Shown here piece after piece: positions 1-9,191 of a stretch of 64,000 nt of DNA (its first letter is position 1; the number at the start of each line of letters is the position of its first letter). The notes beneath the pieces are model-generated. The model made no database searches, was not told the origin of the DNA, and saw only the letters and a program-made list of their open reading frames with translations. This DNA comes from Leptolyngbyaceae cyanobacterium. GTDB taxonomy: Bacteria; Cyanobacteriota; Cyanobacteriia; Phormidesmidales; Phormidesmidaceae. The stretch covers positions 1 to 64,000 of the forward strand of contig CBDHHL010000025.1 in NCBI GenBank assembly GCA_965263355.1, written 5' to 3'. The translations under genes and the position numbers were made by a program.

Positions 1-268
1 TATGGATCTTGACTCAACTAAAATCAGCACCCATCGCTCCTTCCATCTGGGTGCGTAGCTGAGGGTTTAGAGAATTACCATCCCTGCGAGACTGCTTAAG
101 GTCCTGCTCAAATCCATCCGGTGCTTCACCACTCATCACAGCAGATTTCTGCACCATAGGTACCCGTTGAATAGAGTCTTCTTTGGTTACTGCAGGTGTA
201 ACAGGTGTCGTAGCATGAATGCGCTCCACTACAGCAGCAGCAACGTGATCAGCTTCTTGTTCATAGGG
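1..268 (-). pseudogene. Degenerate DUF4157 (eCIS core domain) gene fragment, runs off the window edge
   Basis: Reads PYEQEADHVAAAVVERIH...QMEGAMGADFS*VKIH, matching PYEQEADRVASQVVQKIH...QLESAMGADFSSVKIH of the 1304 aa gene. In-frame TGA at 14-16 and no N-terminal part. Confidence 0.8.
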
Positions 269-319
269 GATGAATAAGAATACCGATGAGAATATTTTGA
301 GACTTCTATGGGAGTATTC

Positions 320-1321
320 TTAAGCTTCTACCGTTGAAATCGCATTCTCAGGGGGTAGTTTCCCTGACATTACTGCTTCAAGCCCTGGTAAATATTTGTT
401 CATGATGGTCCAATTACCAGTCAATAGGTTATCCAACAGCGCAGGGCTAAAGCGATCTCCACCCACGTCAATGCTGGTGCGAAAACGCACTTCCCCATCA
501 TCTAAATCCAGTTCAAAGCAGCCCATGGGTAAGCCATAGTTAGCACGAGTAACAAAGATAGCCATGGCTTCCCGTTGATCTTCAGGGGTTAGATCGTTCA
601 CTCGAGAATAAATAATGCAGCGATGAATTTCTTCATGGGCCTGGACAATACATAGCCAGTCTCCCTGGTCGGCAGTGACCTCAATGCGTAGACTGGTCTG
701 GTCCCTAAATTCGGCAAAAGGGTAGTTGCGATCGCTACAATACTCAACCAACATATTGTAAATTGGACCAGTAAAGGTGGGCTGTTCGGACTCCTCTTGT
801 GCCGCTAGAGTATCCCCAAACCACTCAGTGGTGTATCCTTCTCGCAAGCTTCCACCTACCTCCGAGGGAACCGCCACTGATTGCGTCACCTTTGTGCCAT
901 ACCAATTCTCACTCGCCACCAGCGGATCCCCTGGGTTATTTTCATTTAGGGAAACTAGATGGGCCGCGACCTGATCAATATCTCCCAGGTTACTCTCACC
1001 CAGGGTATGCACCTGGTCTACCAAATATGCTAGTAAGGTATTATCCAACTTAGCCTCAATTTCTAGATCCCCTTGTCCCTCAAACGTTATTGTCTGTCGC
1101 CGCAAACTTTGTTTAAGATTGAACCATTCATTGTCATCGATTACCTTATAAACCTGTGGGGTAACTGTCATAAGTAAGCGACATTCTGTATAGATATTTT
1201 CTTCTCGGGCCAGGGTTAACTCGTCTACATGAACCATCAGAAAGCTGTTATCCGGAGTGGCAAGTCTCAGATCTTCGTCCACATTGAAGGAATGCACTGA
1301 CTGTACTGTTATAGGTTCCAT
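320..1321 (-). CDS. YbjN-domain protein with an uncharacterised N-terminal half
   Basis: C-terminal FVTRANYGLPMGCFELDLDDGEVRFRTSID is typical of YbjN domains; 333 aa ORF. Confidence 0.8.
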   Translation of the reverse strand: MEPITVQSVHSFNVDEDLRLATPDNSFLMVHVDELTLAREENIYTECRLLMTVTPQVYKVIDDNEWFNLKQSLRRQTITFEGQGDLEIEAKLDNTLLAYLVDQVHTLGESNLGDIDQVAAHLVSLNENNPGDPLVASENWYGTKVTQSVAVPSEVGGSLREGYTTEWFGDTLAAQEESEQPTFTGPIYNMLVEYCSDRNYPFAEFRDQTSLRIEVTADQGDWLCIVQAHEEIHRCIIYSRVNDLTPEDQREAMAIFVTRANYGLPMGCFELDLDDGEVRFRTSIDVGGDRFSPALLDNLLTGNWTIMNKYLPGLEAVMSGKLPPENAISTVEA

Positions 1322-1373
1322 AGGGGCTAAGTGTCTCCTTATTTTTTATTCAAAGTCTGTGGATGTTAGTACT

Positions 1374-4300
1374 TTACTTAATATCAGCATCTTCGGTTTC
1401 TGCAGCATTGATTATAACAACTACCTTTTGATGTTTTTTATCCAATTCGGCCTTCAGAGCATTTGATGCATCTACATTATCCCCTGATGCCTTACGGCCA
1501 ACTCCAACCATCGCGAGGGTCGCTGCTTGAGAATCCTTTAATGCCTTAGGATCTATGGCACGTGGTCGTGTTGGTAATTGTTGTAATTGTTGTAATTCTG
1601 CGGCATGCTGTTGTTGCATAAGCGCCTCGTCCTCTAATGCCTTAGCTTCCGCTTTTTTAGCTTTTTTCTTATCGTATTTTTTAGTGGTCTTACCCCCTAT
1701 TTCCGTAGAGGATTTCTCTACCTCTTTTCCTTTGTTTTTTCTAAGTGGTCCATGGCCCCCAAGACCATATACAGCATTGCCACTATCGTCTTTCAGAATG
1801 ATGGCTTTAATTTCTTTCTTATGCTGGAAAAGTCGCATACCTTTCTCTAATTTTATGTAAGAATCAAAGAAATAAAGCTGACTTTCCTGTTTGAGGTAGA
1901 TATTAAGCTCATGTTTCTGGGGTCTGTCTTTGATTAGGGATAAGGCACCTACATTCTTCGGATTATCAATTTCGTCAACCTTACCTTCTCGACCAGTTTT
2001 ATAGGTGACATTGAGACCAATTGATCCTTTAATTTCCTCACTTACTGCATTACCACCAGCATCTTTAAAGGAGTCATCATTCCCTTTCCCTTTGCCCAAT
2101 TGTGGTTTAATTGAGCTGAGCACCAGCGTTTCTGCTGTATTTTTAGCTTCGCTGGTTAAGGCATCACTAACCGCTGCTGACGCATGGGTCAAATCACTAC
2201 CGATTTGAGCACCTATTTTCGCTTTATCATCCTTGAGTTCTGCGGTACTCTTGCCAGACATCTCTTTCAAAGACGCTGCCAACGGCAAAATCACCTTTGT
2301 AAATAAATACTGTCCAAATCCTCCTTTGTCCTTCAGGAAGGAGGCAGGAACTGTCATCTGACCTTGGGTTTCAAGCTCCCATTTGATCAACTTTGCCTGA
2401 CCCAATTCAAATTTAATCCCCGCCTCCTGAGCGAAATCAAGCTTGAGTTTGACCGCTGCTTTAATTCCACCAAAGCTGACATCCCCCATTAGCCATAGTC
2501 GATGTATCCCTCGCCCCTTAGGACTTTGTTTATTGCCAAGCTTCCCCTTTGAGGCGGCTTTCACATCCTTACGTTTTTGGGGACTGCCAATCCCTTGTCC
2601 CTGAAAGTTGGGATCAGGACCATACTGACCTTTATTTTTCTGTTTGTCCCAATCTGCCTTGAACTTGGCATCTTTGGTACTGAGAGAGTTTGCAATGGAG
2701 GCTTTGTCGTAGCGTCGCCCTTCCATACCCTGAATCGCCGCTTTCCCAGAGGCTCCCTTTGAGGCACCAACCGTATAATCAGCTCTCCCTGCTACCAGTG
2801 CCCCTGTTTCAACGTAAGCTTTTTCAATGAGCTTTTTACGCTTATCCTTAGCTGAATCGCCTAAACCATCCGGCATACCCCAAATTTCTTTCTCAATTTG
2901 AGCGGCCCACTCCTCACTGGTGTTATATCTTCGCTCTGCCTTTTTATCAGCAAGACCGAGATCGCCCTTTGCCTGGTTGTAAGCTTGCTCATCGTCTCCA
3001 TTCGGTGCATCAACACTAACTAAGGCGTCAAGTTCATCTGCCTCAGATTTACCCCAAATAGCATTTGTCCACTTTTCGGGGAAACTGCCCTCCCGGCATC
3101 GGCGATACATGGCATAATCCAGTTCCTTACCAATTTCCTGGGGGCTTGAACCCTGAATTTCGGCATAGCCACCGAATTCAGCGCACAGTGCGGCAACTCC
3201 TGCTGTACCACCCAGTTGGAAGGTAAATTCAGCCCCTACTTTATACTCGTTATCAGCTTTATATTCAGCTGAACACATCAAACGCCCTCCCATAAACACG
3301 CCACTACCCCCTACGGGAATGCGAATTTGCATTTCAAACTTTGTTTTATCGCCTTTCTTCGGGACCTGAGCCGTAATAATGCCTGGTACAACAGTGTTGA
3401 ATAACTTAGAACGATTGCCATTGTATTCTTTTGCCTTGTGATAGCTCTCCTTTGCTCTCTTCTCATCCGGTGTTTGCACGCTAGATGGATCGTTTAGCTG
3501 TGGTCCAGCAGGCAAATCCGTAAAGGTTTCATTTAACCAATTAGCATGAACTTCTGCCTGCTTACAGAATTTTTTGATGTAACCATAAACTGCCCTGAAA
3601 TTGGCACACTCAGCCTGGGCAGCCTCAGTATAGTGAACAGAAGAGTCTGCTAGATCACTGGCTTTGGGAGCCGAAAGAACGTCTTTATTGACCGCTCGTT
3701 TCCTTGTTTTTGGATCGCCTCCCTGGCTAATTGCGTTTAACTGAGTTTGTGCCATTTGCTCTCGAATGAGCTGCTCTTCTGCCTCCTTTTGTTTTTGGGC
3801 CTGACTTATCTTCTTAATTCTGAGTGTTGCCTTTTCCGTCCATAGCTTGCACATGTCAATGACCCGCTGGAGGAGCATCTGACGCTGCGCTAAATCTTGT
3901 TGATTGAGGGGTTGAGACTTATATTTATGATAGAGGCGGAGGTTGTCTTTAAGAGATTGATAGGCAGGATCATCTGTAAAAGAGCCAAGCTTATCAACCT
4001 GTTTAATGCCAAGCTTAAATGCATCTACGTCCTTGAGGCTAACATCCTTTTCCACCTTTAAGCCATAAATGATCTTTACACCCTGAGCATCGGCATTCTG
4101 ATCGCTAGAACTTTCATCTACATCAGCGGCAATGTCAAAATACTGAAGTAACTGAGGCTTAATTTCCATCAGTTTGGCATATAGCTTAGCCGTATGACGG
4201 GTAGAGCGCTTTTCTGGCACCTTTGAACTTCTGTTGAGCTTGTCAACCATTAAGCGATCTGCCTGCATTTCGTTATAGGCCATGGTGTCGTCCATCAGCT

Positions 4301-5288
4301 GCTTTTTGTCAGCATGCTTTTTTAACCAAGTATTAATGTCGCTTAAAATTGACTGTTGGAGAAATGTTTTGGGATCAGCATCAGCGGAACTGGTAGTAAC
4401 AGCAGCCCCTTGCACACCAGCTTCATAGGCCTTCAACTTGCGAATGATTTCTTGAAGTTCTTGATCTTCTTTTCGTTTATGGCCTTTACAGTGACCAGTC
4501 CAATAATCATCTAACGCTGTTGCCAGCTGATCGGTTAGAGCACGCTGAATATAACCCGGTGAAACGGACGAGATTTGAATGGGCTTGAGTTGAACCTGGG
4601 GTGTTTCAAATGCAGGCTTTGTTTGTATCCTGGCGGCTCCGCCCTGCTGTACCACGTGGGTAAGCTCATGGGCAATTAGGGTTTGTCCACTTTTGCTACT
4701 GGGGTTGTATTCTCCTTGTTTAAAGAAAACATCATTTCCTGTCGTAAATGCTTTAGCCTGGATTGAGCGGCTGAGCTGATCCGCCTGGTTATCGTTATGA
4801 ATTTTAACGCTGCTAAAATCTGCCCCCATGGCAGATTCAAGCTGACCTTGAAGGGTTGGTTCTAGGGAGCTGCCACCACTGCGTGCTTGGTTAAGCTGGG
4901 ACTCAAATTGGTTACTTGCTGCCCCAGAGATAATACCGCCATCACGCTGCACAGGCCGAAAGCCAACGGTATTAACATTAAAAGCCCTACGCTGTACCGT
5001 ATCATCTCGGTCATCAGAAGTAGCCGCTTGAACAGTGTGAATCTTCTGTACTACCTGACTGGCAACTCGATCCGCTTCTTGCTCGTACGGATCATTGGGT
5101 TTACCAATGGTAAGCTTGGGCTGTAGTACGCTAATGTCGGCAAAATTAAAATTTGTCGATGGCTGCGTTAGATTACTTTGGAAAATATCTGCAGCTTTTG
5201 CCGGTGAAGAAGGCCGTAATTGACTATGGGTCATCTGCGTTTTAGATGCTTGATCGTCTCTTTTCTGAATGCGATCGAAATTACCCAT
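1374..5288 (-). CDS. DUF4157 (eCIS core) domain protein with a long unknown C-terminal region; candidate effector
   Basis: QPKLTIGKPNDPYEQEAD, GADFSSVKIH, AKAFTTGNDVFF and LIAHELTHVVQQ (HExxH) motifs; GGAGG RBS upstream. Confidence 0.9.
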   Translation of the reverse strand: MGNFDRIQKRDDQASKTQMTHSQLRPSSPAKAADIFQSNLTQPSTNFNFADISVLQPKLTIGKPNDPYEQEADRVASQVVQKIHTVQAATSDDRDDTVQRRAFNVNTVGFRPVQRDGGIISGAASNQFESQLNQARSGGSSLEPTLQGQLESAMGADFSSVKIHNDNQADQLSRSIQAKAFTTGNDVFFKQGEYNPSSKSGQTLIAHELTHVVQQGGAARIQTKPAFETPQVQLKPIQISSVSPGYIQRALTDQLATALDDYWTGHCKGHKRKEDQELQEIIRKLKAYEAGVQGAAVTTSSADADPKTFLQQSILSDINTWLKKHADKKQLMDDTMAYNEMQADRLMVDKLNRSSKVPEKRSTRHTAKLYAKLMEIKPQLLQYFDIAADVDESSSDQNADAQGVKIIYGLKVEKDVSLKDVDAFKLGIKQVDKLGSFTDDPAYQSLKDNLRLYHKYKSQPLNQQDLAQRQMLLQRVIDMCKLWTEKATLRIKKISQAQKQKEAEEQLIREQMAQTQLNAISQGGDPKTRKRAVNKDVLSAPKASDLADSSVHYTEAAQAECANFRAVYGYIKKFCKQAEVHANWLNETFTDLPAGPQLNDPSSVQTPDEKRAKESYHKAKEYNGNRSKLFNTVVPGIITAQVPKKGDKTKFEMQIRIPVGGSGVFMGGRLMCSAEYKADNEYKVGAEFTFQLGGTAGVAALCAEFGGYAEIQGSSPQEIGKELDYAMYRRCREGSFPEKWTNAIWGKSEADELDALVSVDAPNGDDEQAYNQAKGDLGLADKKAERRYNTSEEWAAQIEKEIWGMPDGLGDSAKDKRKKLIEKAYVETGALVAGRADYTVGASKGASGKAAIQGMEGRRYDKASIANSLSTKDAKFKADWDKQKNKGQYGPDPNFQGQGIGSPQKRKDVKAASKGKLGNKQSPKGRGIHRLWLMGDVSFGGIKAAVKLKLDFAQEAGIKFELGQAKLIKWELETQGQMTVPASFLKDKGGFGQYLFTKVILPLAASLKEMSGKSTAELKDDKAKIGAQIGSDLTHASAAVSDALTSEAKNTAETLVLSSIKPQLGKGKGNDDSFKDAGGNAVSEEIKGSIGLNVTYKTGREGKVDEIDNPKNVGALSLIKDRPQKHELNIYLKQESQLYFFDSYIKLEKGMRLFQHKKEIKAIILKDDSGNAVYGLGGHGPLRKNKGKEVEKSSTEIGGKTTKKYDKKKAKKAEAKALEDEALMQQQHAAELQQLQQLPTRPRAIDPKALKDSQAATLAMVGVGRKASGDNVDASNALKAELDKKHQKVVVIINAAETEDADIK

Positions 5289-5353
5289 CGTTAGCCTCCT
5301 GGCATGGTTGCTTCACCAACTGCAGCTATAGTGCCCGACGAATCTTATTGATA

Positions 5354-6406
5354 TCAGCGTGCTCTATTGCTCGGTGGTGGAAATGGTGGACGACCAGCTG
5401 GTCTTACATCTCCAGAGGGGCTACTATTTACAAATCGCCGTTGAAAACTTTGATCCGGTGTACCTTTCACACAGCGGGGGATAAAGGGAAACATCTCGGT
5501 GATGTGATAGTGGTAAATACCGTTTGGGTGCTCGGGTGTAACACCAAAGCGACCATTACATTCATCTAGATCACCGAGCCCCGCTACATACTCAAAATCT
5601 TGGACAAAGGTGCCATCGTAGGTGCCACCGGGACCATTGGGGCGCTGCCCTGCTTTAAGCCGATAGCTACTCTGCAGTGACGTCAGACCACTGGTTGAGT
5701 TATTGATATCCCTATAACCGTACTGACCATAGACGGGAAATCCATCGGCAGCATAGCCGACTAAAGTCATTGATGTACCCTGGAGCAAGCCTGTTGGTAG
5801 ACCGTGGTAGTGATAAGACCCACTGGGTTGCACATGGGCATTATGTTGATCTAACCCCAGATTGATCCTTCCAGATAGGGCATCGTAGTTCCAGCCGGAG
5901 GTGCGCTCTCGATTCCAATATTCAGCTGTCCCTGGTTCAAAGGGAACACCGTTGAGGGCAACACCAAAGGCAGGTCTGGTGGGGGTGCTTGTCTCAGTTA
6001 GTTGGGGGGTCAGAGTAACTCGAAACCTATGGTTTTGCGCAGAAATACTGTTGGGGTTACCGGCATTGGGAAAATTTCCTGGTGCATGGTCTGGAATACC
6101 ATTGGAAGAAATATAGCGATAGCCTCCACGCTCCTCAATACTGATCTGATTCATCAATTGACTCTGCTGACTGATTAGTATTTTGGTCTGAGGATGGTCC
6201 AGCGCCATCATCTGAAGCAAAGTTTGGCTAAACAAAGCGATTGGATTATTAATTTGACTGGTATTTGCTTTGTTATACCCGTAGTTGGGCTCAATCCAGG
6301 CACTGATATCATGGGCAAATGCTGCTGTCCCCGTTATGCTCCCAAGTAAGGCTAACGTTCCGGCTACATAGCAGCTTAGTTGGTCGCCTGAGGGCATAAT
6401 TTTCAT
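5354..6406 (-). CDS. YHYH-domain secreted protein
   Basis: GSYHYHG and GIYHYHI motifs, GVALNGVP, GYAADGFPVYG, LDECNG; hydrophobic N-terminal signal ending AFA. Confidence 0.9.
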   Translation of the reverse strand: MKIMPSGDQLSCYVAGTLALLGSITGTAAFAHDISAWIEPNYGYNKANTSQINNPIALFSQTLLQMMALDHPQTKILISQQSQLMNQISIEERGGYRYISSNGIPDHAPGNFPNAGNPNSISAQNHRFRVTLTPQLTETSTPTRPAFGVALNGVPFEPGTAEYWNRERTSGWNYDALSGRINLGLDQHNAHVQPSGSYHYHGLPTGLLQGTSMTLVGYAADGFPVYGQYGYRDINNSTSGLTSLQSSYRLKAGQRPNGPGGTYDGTFVQDFEYVAGLGDLDECNGRFGVTPEHPNGIYHYHITEMFPFIPRCVKGTPDQSFQRRFVNSSPSGDVRPAGRPPFPPPSNRAR

Positions 6407-6570
6407 ACAGTAACCTCATCAATTTTATTTAGTCAGATTTAGCGGCTTTAGTATGCCCATGGGGGATCTTCGTCAAACGCATGGGTTACAGTCAGTCACA
6501 CTGGTTAACTCATCTAAAAAACGGTCGAGATTCTAACAGCCTATATGGGCACGCTTAAAAACAAATAAAC

Positions 6571-8889
6571 TTGTTCTGTTTGCTGAGGATAGCTGTGATT
6601 ATAGGACAGATCTCTAAACGCTTTCTCCGAAGCTACTTACTAAGGCTACCCTACCAGGCCCGTGTTGCACGATATGGAGCCCTGGTGGATGTGGGATGGT
6701 TAAAGTCTATTTTAGAAGAGATCAAACCAGATGTTTTGCCAGACGCCTTACAAGAGGTCGGGGTGCAGCAGGCTCCTCCAGATGTGATTCAAGCGCCTGC
6801 ACCACACTATCATCAATATCGGTGTTTGCAAGGAAATCCCTTAAGCTGCCAGGAACCGACCGATCAAACCAGATGTGAACAGTGTTATTTTCCGGCGCTG
6901 CTGCCAGCCGGAGGGCAGTTAATAGGTAAACAAGGTGAATATAAAATTGGTTCAAACCTGGGCCGACGTGGTATTGGCAGGCTTTATGAAGGGGTTCGTC
7001 TTAGCTCTGAAGAGCCGATTATTATCCAAGAATATTTACTCCCTGAACGATACTTTAGCCCAGATGAACAACGGCAATGCCAGGAATTGTTCACTACTTT
7101 AGCAGGACTGGCATTAGCCGATGGTCGAGTGCAGGATGCAAGAACTGTACTGCCGCTAGAAGCGATCGCAGATTTATCGGGTGAGCGTTGCTATTTGGTG
7201 ACACCCGCCGTAGATGGCAGTCCCACCCTAAATCGTTACTGTGCACAATATGGTGCTTTTGACAGTAAAGCGGTGTTATCAATGCTCAATCAGGTACTAC
7301 AAACCCTGATCTGCTTGCACCAGCAAAAATTCACTCTGCCAGCCGGTCAGGTGGAGACGGGGATTGTCCATGGCAATATCGGTTTGGATAGTCTCCTATG
7401 GGTTACTGACCCCAAAAGAAAAGACGCATCGGGCTTTGTTTATCTTACCGATTTTGCATTGTGGGAGAGATTTTTTGATCCCGCTCGTGTAGATCGAGAA
7501 CAGCCGGATTTTCAAGATGATTTGGCAGCTTTGGGACGGGTAGCCTTTTTTCTATTAAATGGTGCCACCCTGGATAGTGAGGGACAGCTCTTAAAACCGC
7601 ATCTTGATAGCAATTGGCCTGATACTTATGCTCCGCTTAAGCGATTTATTCTGCGGTTGATTGGGATTGAACTCCCCTTTACCAGTGCAGAATCGGCTCG
7701 GATGGCGTTGTTGGCTATGCCCCCCGAGGAAGCGGAGAGCCAGTGGGAACACCGTCAGACGGAACAGGCGGCTGTTAAACGAACCGGGTGCAAACGATTG
7801 ATTCCTATTTTAGTGGCCGCAGTTATTTTAGCTACGCTGGGTGTGTTTGGTTGGTTGCTGCTGAGGTCTCAGCGGCCCAGCTATGCAGATCCTCTCTTAC
7901 CTGCTTGTTGTTTAGACGCTATTGATGCTGTTCCTGTTGGTGAGTATCGTTATTCGATGCCCGTATCAGCCTATTGGTATCCGTTATTTCGGGCGACAGC
8001 AGACCCCTCGGCTGAGTTACTGCCCACACTGTTTGACCGCCTGCAAACACTACATCCAGAATTGTCCCTGGTCCCCCATGTGACTGAGTCGGTGGAGACT
8101 GCGATCAAAGCCATCCAGTCAGGCCAAACCGACTTTGCCATTGTGCCCTTAACTACTCCCCTACCCGCTGACATTACCAGCACGATCATCGCCTATGACA
8201 GTTTGGTCCCCGTGGTTGCCTTTAACTATCCCGATCGCACCAAGGGATTACCCGATGCCCTCAATGGTGACATTGAGTTATCGCAATTGAAACAGCTATA
8301 CACCGATGAAATTAACAATTGGCAACAGCTGAGTTCCTTTGATTTATCAGTCAAACGCTATTGGCCCAGCGATCCGACGGCCCAGGCAATGTTTACCCAA
8401 CGGGTACTACAACCGCCGGAAATGCCTGATATCGCTGATCCTGAGTCAACCAATCCAACGTTTATCACGACGGATGAGAGAGACGCGTTGCCCACCTTGA
8501 CTATGCTGCGCTGGATTTTGCAGGATTTTGAGAATACGACCATTGGCAGCATTGGAATTGCCCCCTTGAGTCAGGTATTTGGTCAGTGCTCGGTGTATCC
8601 GTTGGCGTTGAAGCAGGGGCGGCAATCGGTTACCCCCTTTGTGTTTAAGAATGGTAAGGCGGTGGGACCTGAAGGGAATTTGTGCGATCGCAAAGGCAGC
8701 TACACCCCCAATGGTGAAGCCCTTCGCACAGGTACCTATCCCCTAGCTTATCCCCTGGCAGTCATCTATCCCTTTGACAACAGTCGTTCTCCCATTGGCA
8801 AAAAGCTAGCCAAGTTGTTACTGACCCAAGAGACTCAGACCTATTTGACGTCGTTAGGCATGGTATCTGCTTATCCGTTGCCGGAATAG
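6571..8889 (+). CDS. Membrane Ser/Thr kinase-like (pseudokinase) protein with 4-Cys prefix and C-terminal PstS-like substrate-binding domain; true start probably GTG at 6685 or 6691
   Basis: C..C..CEQC prefix, GRRGIG loop, HGNI and DFA, one TM helix, PBP features IAYDSL and GTYPLAYPL. Confidence 0.8.
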   Translation: MFCLLRIAVIIGQISKRFLRSYLLRLPYQARVARYGALVDVGWLKSILEEIKPDVLPDALQEVGVQQAPPDVIQAPAPHYHQYRCLQGNPLSCQEPTDQTRCEQCYFPALLPAGGQLIGKQGEYKIGSNLGRRGIGRLYEGVRLSSEEPIIIQEYLLPERYFSPDEQRQCQELFTTLAGLALADGRVQDARTVLPLEAIADLSGERCYLVTPAVDGSPTLNRYCAQYGAFDSKAVLSMLNQVLQTLICLHQQKFTLPAGQVETGIVHGNIGLDSLLWVTDPKRKDASGFVYLTDFALWERFFDPARVDREQPDFQDDLAALGRVAFFLLNGATLDSEGQLLKPHLDSNWPDTYAPLKRFILRLIGIELPFTSAESARMALLAMPPEEAESQWEHRQTEQAAVKRTGCKRLIPILVAAVILATLGVFGWLLLRSQRPSYADPLLPACCLDAIDAVPVGEYRYSMPVSAYWYPLFRATADPSAELLPTLFDRLQTLHPELSLVPHVTESVETAIKAIQSGQTDFAIVPLTTPLPADITSTIIAYDSLVPVVAFNYPDRTKGLPDALNGDIELSQLKQLYTDEINNWQQLSSFDLSVKRYWPSDPTAQAMFTQRVLQPPEMPDIADPESTNPTFITTDERDALPTLTMLRWILQDFENTTIGSIGIAPLSQVFGQCSVYPLALKQGRQSVTPFVFKNGKAVGPEGNLCDRKGSYTPNGEALRTGTYPLAYPLAVIYPFDNSRSPIGKKLAKLLLTQETQTYLTSLGMVSAYPLPE

Positions 8890-8949
8890 ATTAATGTTCA
8901 GATGATAACAGGTAGTTTTGAGATAACAGACAGCTTTGAACTTGAGATA

Positions 8950-8965
8950 TGTAGCGATTATTACA
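8950..8965. promoter_or_regulatory. Possible NtcA-type site TGTA-N8-TACA upstream of the Omp85 gene
   Basis: TGTAGCGATTATTACA; a TACATT hexamer lies 24 nt beyond the GTA-N8-TAC core, slightly longer than the usual spacing. Confidence 0.3.
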
Positions 8966-9191
8966 GAGCTTGACGTACTTAAATGCGGTACATTGAAAGC
9001 TAGTTAAATCAGGCTTGTGTAAGCAATAATTATCGTCCTATAAAGCTTTGAGGTATTTTCCTTAGCATGCATCGGCATGCATAATGGATCACGGACATAT
9101 TTTGCTAAGTTCACCTGATATTCCACTAAGAGCGGCTATAGGCTCTTAATGGCGATCAGACTTGAGTGGAGCCATCTGGAAAATAAAACCC

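Noticed and set aside
14..1321. YbjN gene and DUF4157 fragment share a reading frame (possible readthrough fusion)
   Set aside because: One-in-three chance coincidence, and the fragment has its own premature stop.
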